NCBI GenBank assembly: GCA_051362555.1
Contig: CM120644.1
Location: 21,722,534-21,786,533 of the forward strand
DNA: 64,000 nt
Direction: 5' to 3'
From: Lingula anatina
Lineage: Eukaryota > Animalia > Brachiopoda
Part shown: positions 62,492 through 64,000 of the stretch, in pieces
How positions within the stretch are numbered: the stretch's first letter is position 1
Layout of the letters: every line of letters starts with the position of its first letter
Notes under the pieces: generated by a model
What the model was told of the DNA's origin: nothing
The model's database searches: none
Seen by the model: the letters and a program-made list of their open reading frames with translations, nothing else
Program-made: the position numbers and the translations under genes

Positions 62492-64000
62492 CAACATTGG
62501 TCAAAAAGGTTGCCCCACCCCCAGTTCCATGTGCTTTTATTTATAAATGATTACATCACATCACAGGTGTTAATTGCTATGAATGGTGATTTACATTCCA
62601 AATACCATAACTAACATGATTAGTGGTACAGATAATACAAACTTGTGGGTAAGATATCTATATTTAATACCATTTATTCACATTTATTTCATGTACCCCC
62701 TCAAATCCGATGTTCCACTGCTATTTCCACGGAGGTAAAGAAATGCCCATTTAAATTTAAATGGCACCACCAAATTTACTGACATTTAGCATTAGGGTGT
62801 GCTCGTTAAAGGCCACGTGTCTATTAGCGTGTGTGGCTACCGTGCACTGTAATTACCTCCTGTAGACGGCGCCACTGCCTTCAACAAGAGTAACAATTCT
62901 GTTTTGTGGGATATTGCACCATGTTTCCTAAAAAGCTTGGCGGAATTGGGCCAGACTATTTGCCGCTTGGTTCTCCTCTGGATTGCACACTTCAATTCGT
63001 GCCACGGGTGCTCAGTAGGTTTATTATCAGGATTCATAGATGGTTAGTCTAGCTTCAGAACATTGGGTTTCTTGCAACAAATCACTCACCAGACGAGAAC
63101 TGTGTGCAAGCGTGCTGTCATGATGAAGCCTGGATTACCCCCGAAGTCCCCTCTTGAAGATGGAATGAGGTATCAGTTGAGAATGTTAGGTTCAGTGACC
63201 CAGAACTACCAGAACATGGTCAACCATTACTGGGAACAAGGTGGTTTTGCTGAAGGATCATGGTTTTTCTTGTATGCCTACGATGGTCAAATTAGGGCCC
63301 GTAGACATGTTGCTGAAAGCATTTTAGATTGTTTGTGTAGGATAATATCGCCTGAGGTGTCAGGTCAGTCCAGGTTTGGAGAGAATACCAAGCTCATGGT
63401 TTTAGTGCATTGTTCTTTCCGGAAAAGAACGTTATTGGAGCAATTCACTGAAACGCTCTCAACAAATATATCACGTCATTTGCCAGAGGTGACTCCAGGG
63501 ATATTGCAGGCGTCATCGTGGAAATGCACTTGCTCACAAATCTCGTTTGCTGAGTGATTTGTTGCAGAAACCAAATGTTCTGAGGATGGGTCAAACACCT
63601 TTGAGCCCATGTAGTTATTAACCTAACTAAACATCTGTGGCATGAATTGAAGTGTGCAATGCAAAGGAGAATCAAACTCCTAATAATCTGGACCAACTCC
63701 CCCCAAGTCTTTAGGAAGAATGGGACAAAATCCCATAAAACAGGATGGTAACCTTTGTTGAAGGCATGCCGCGCCGCCTACAGGAGGTAATTACAGTACG
63801 CGGTAAACACAAACGCTACTAGACAAGGAGCCTTTAACGAGCACACCCTAATGCTAAATGTGTGTAAATTTGGTGACATTCGGTGGTGTCATTTCAATTT
63901 AATGGACATTTCTTTACCTCTGTGAAAATCACAGTGAAACGACGGATTTGAGGGGGTACATGTAATAAATGTGAATAAATGGTATTAAATATTGATTTCT
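62492..64000. mobile_element. Tc1-derived fold-back element, least disrupted copy (runs off the window)
   Basis: TA|CAACATTGGTCAAAAAGG; minus-strand NPDNKPTEHPWHELKCAIQRR; plus-strand KHLWHELKCAMQRR...EGMPRRLQEVITVRGKHKRY*. Confidence 0.82.

Larger units (their letters stand above)
53688..64000 (+). repeat. Segmental duplication block A' (paralogous to 31558-43050), runs off the window
   Basis: Same order of landmarks as block A; lacks the 41350 MITE and the segments at about 34710-34995 and 36040-36590; has extra 57488-57958. Confidence 0.9.

Overview
AT-rich, repeat-laden animal genomic DNA (spliceosomal introns, microsatellites, many TE remnants; probably an invertebrate). The window is a head-to-tail tandem array of at least seven + strand paralogs of a Golgi type II membrane carbohydrate sulfotransferase (Sulfotransfer_2 / CHST8-14, CHST11-like). 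I reconstructed three coding exons per gene: signal anchor 79-88 nt, stem 125 nt, catalytic 948 nt, giving about 383-386 aa. Four copies are complete and open, two are cut by the window edges, and one is frameshifted by a 43-bp deletion of its PAPS-binding loop. The paralogs are nearly invariant in the 3' half of the catalytic exon but hypervariable in short patches next to the PAPS-binding motifs. The array has expanded in an A-B-B'-A' pattern with junctions in the homogenised exon. Intron 2 of copy 3 holds an intact, very young Ty3/Gypsy LTR retrotransposon (identical 476-bp LTRs, ACCT target duplication, single 1555-aa gag-pol ORF, 1.8-kb 3' region) nested in older DNA transposons. Several introns carry a fold-back element built from two Tc1 transposase 3' halves. 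All comparisons were made by eye; no database searches were run.
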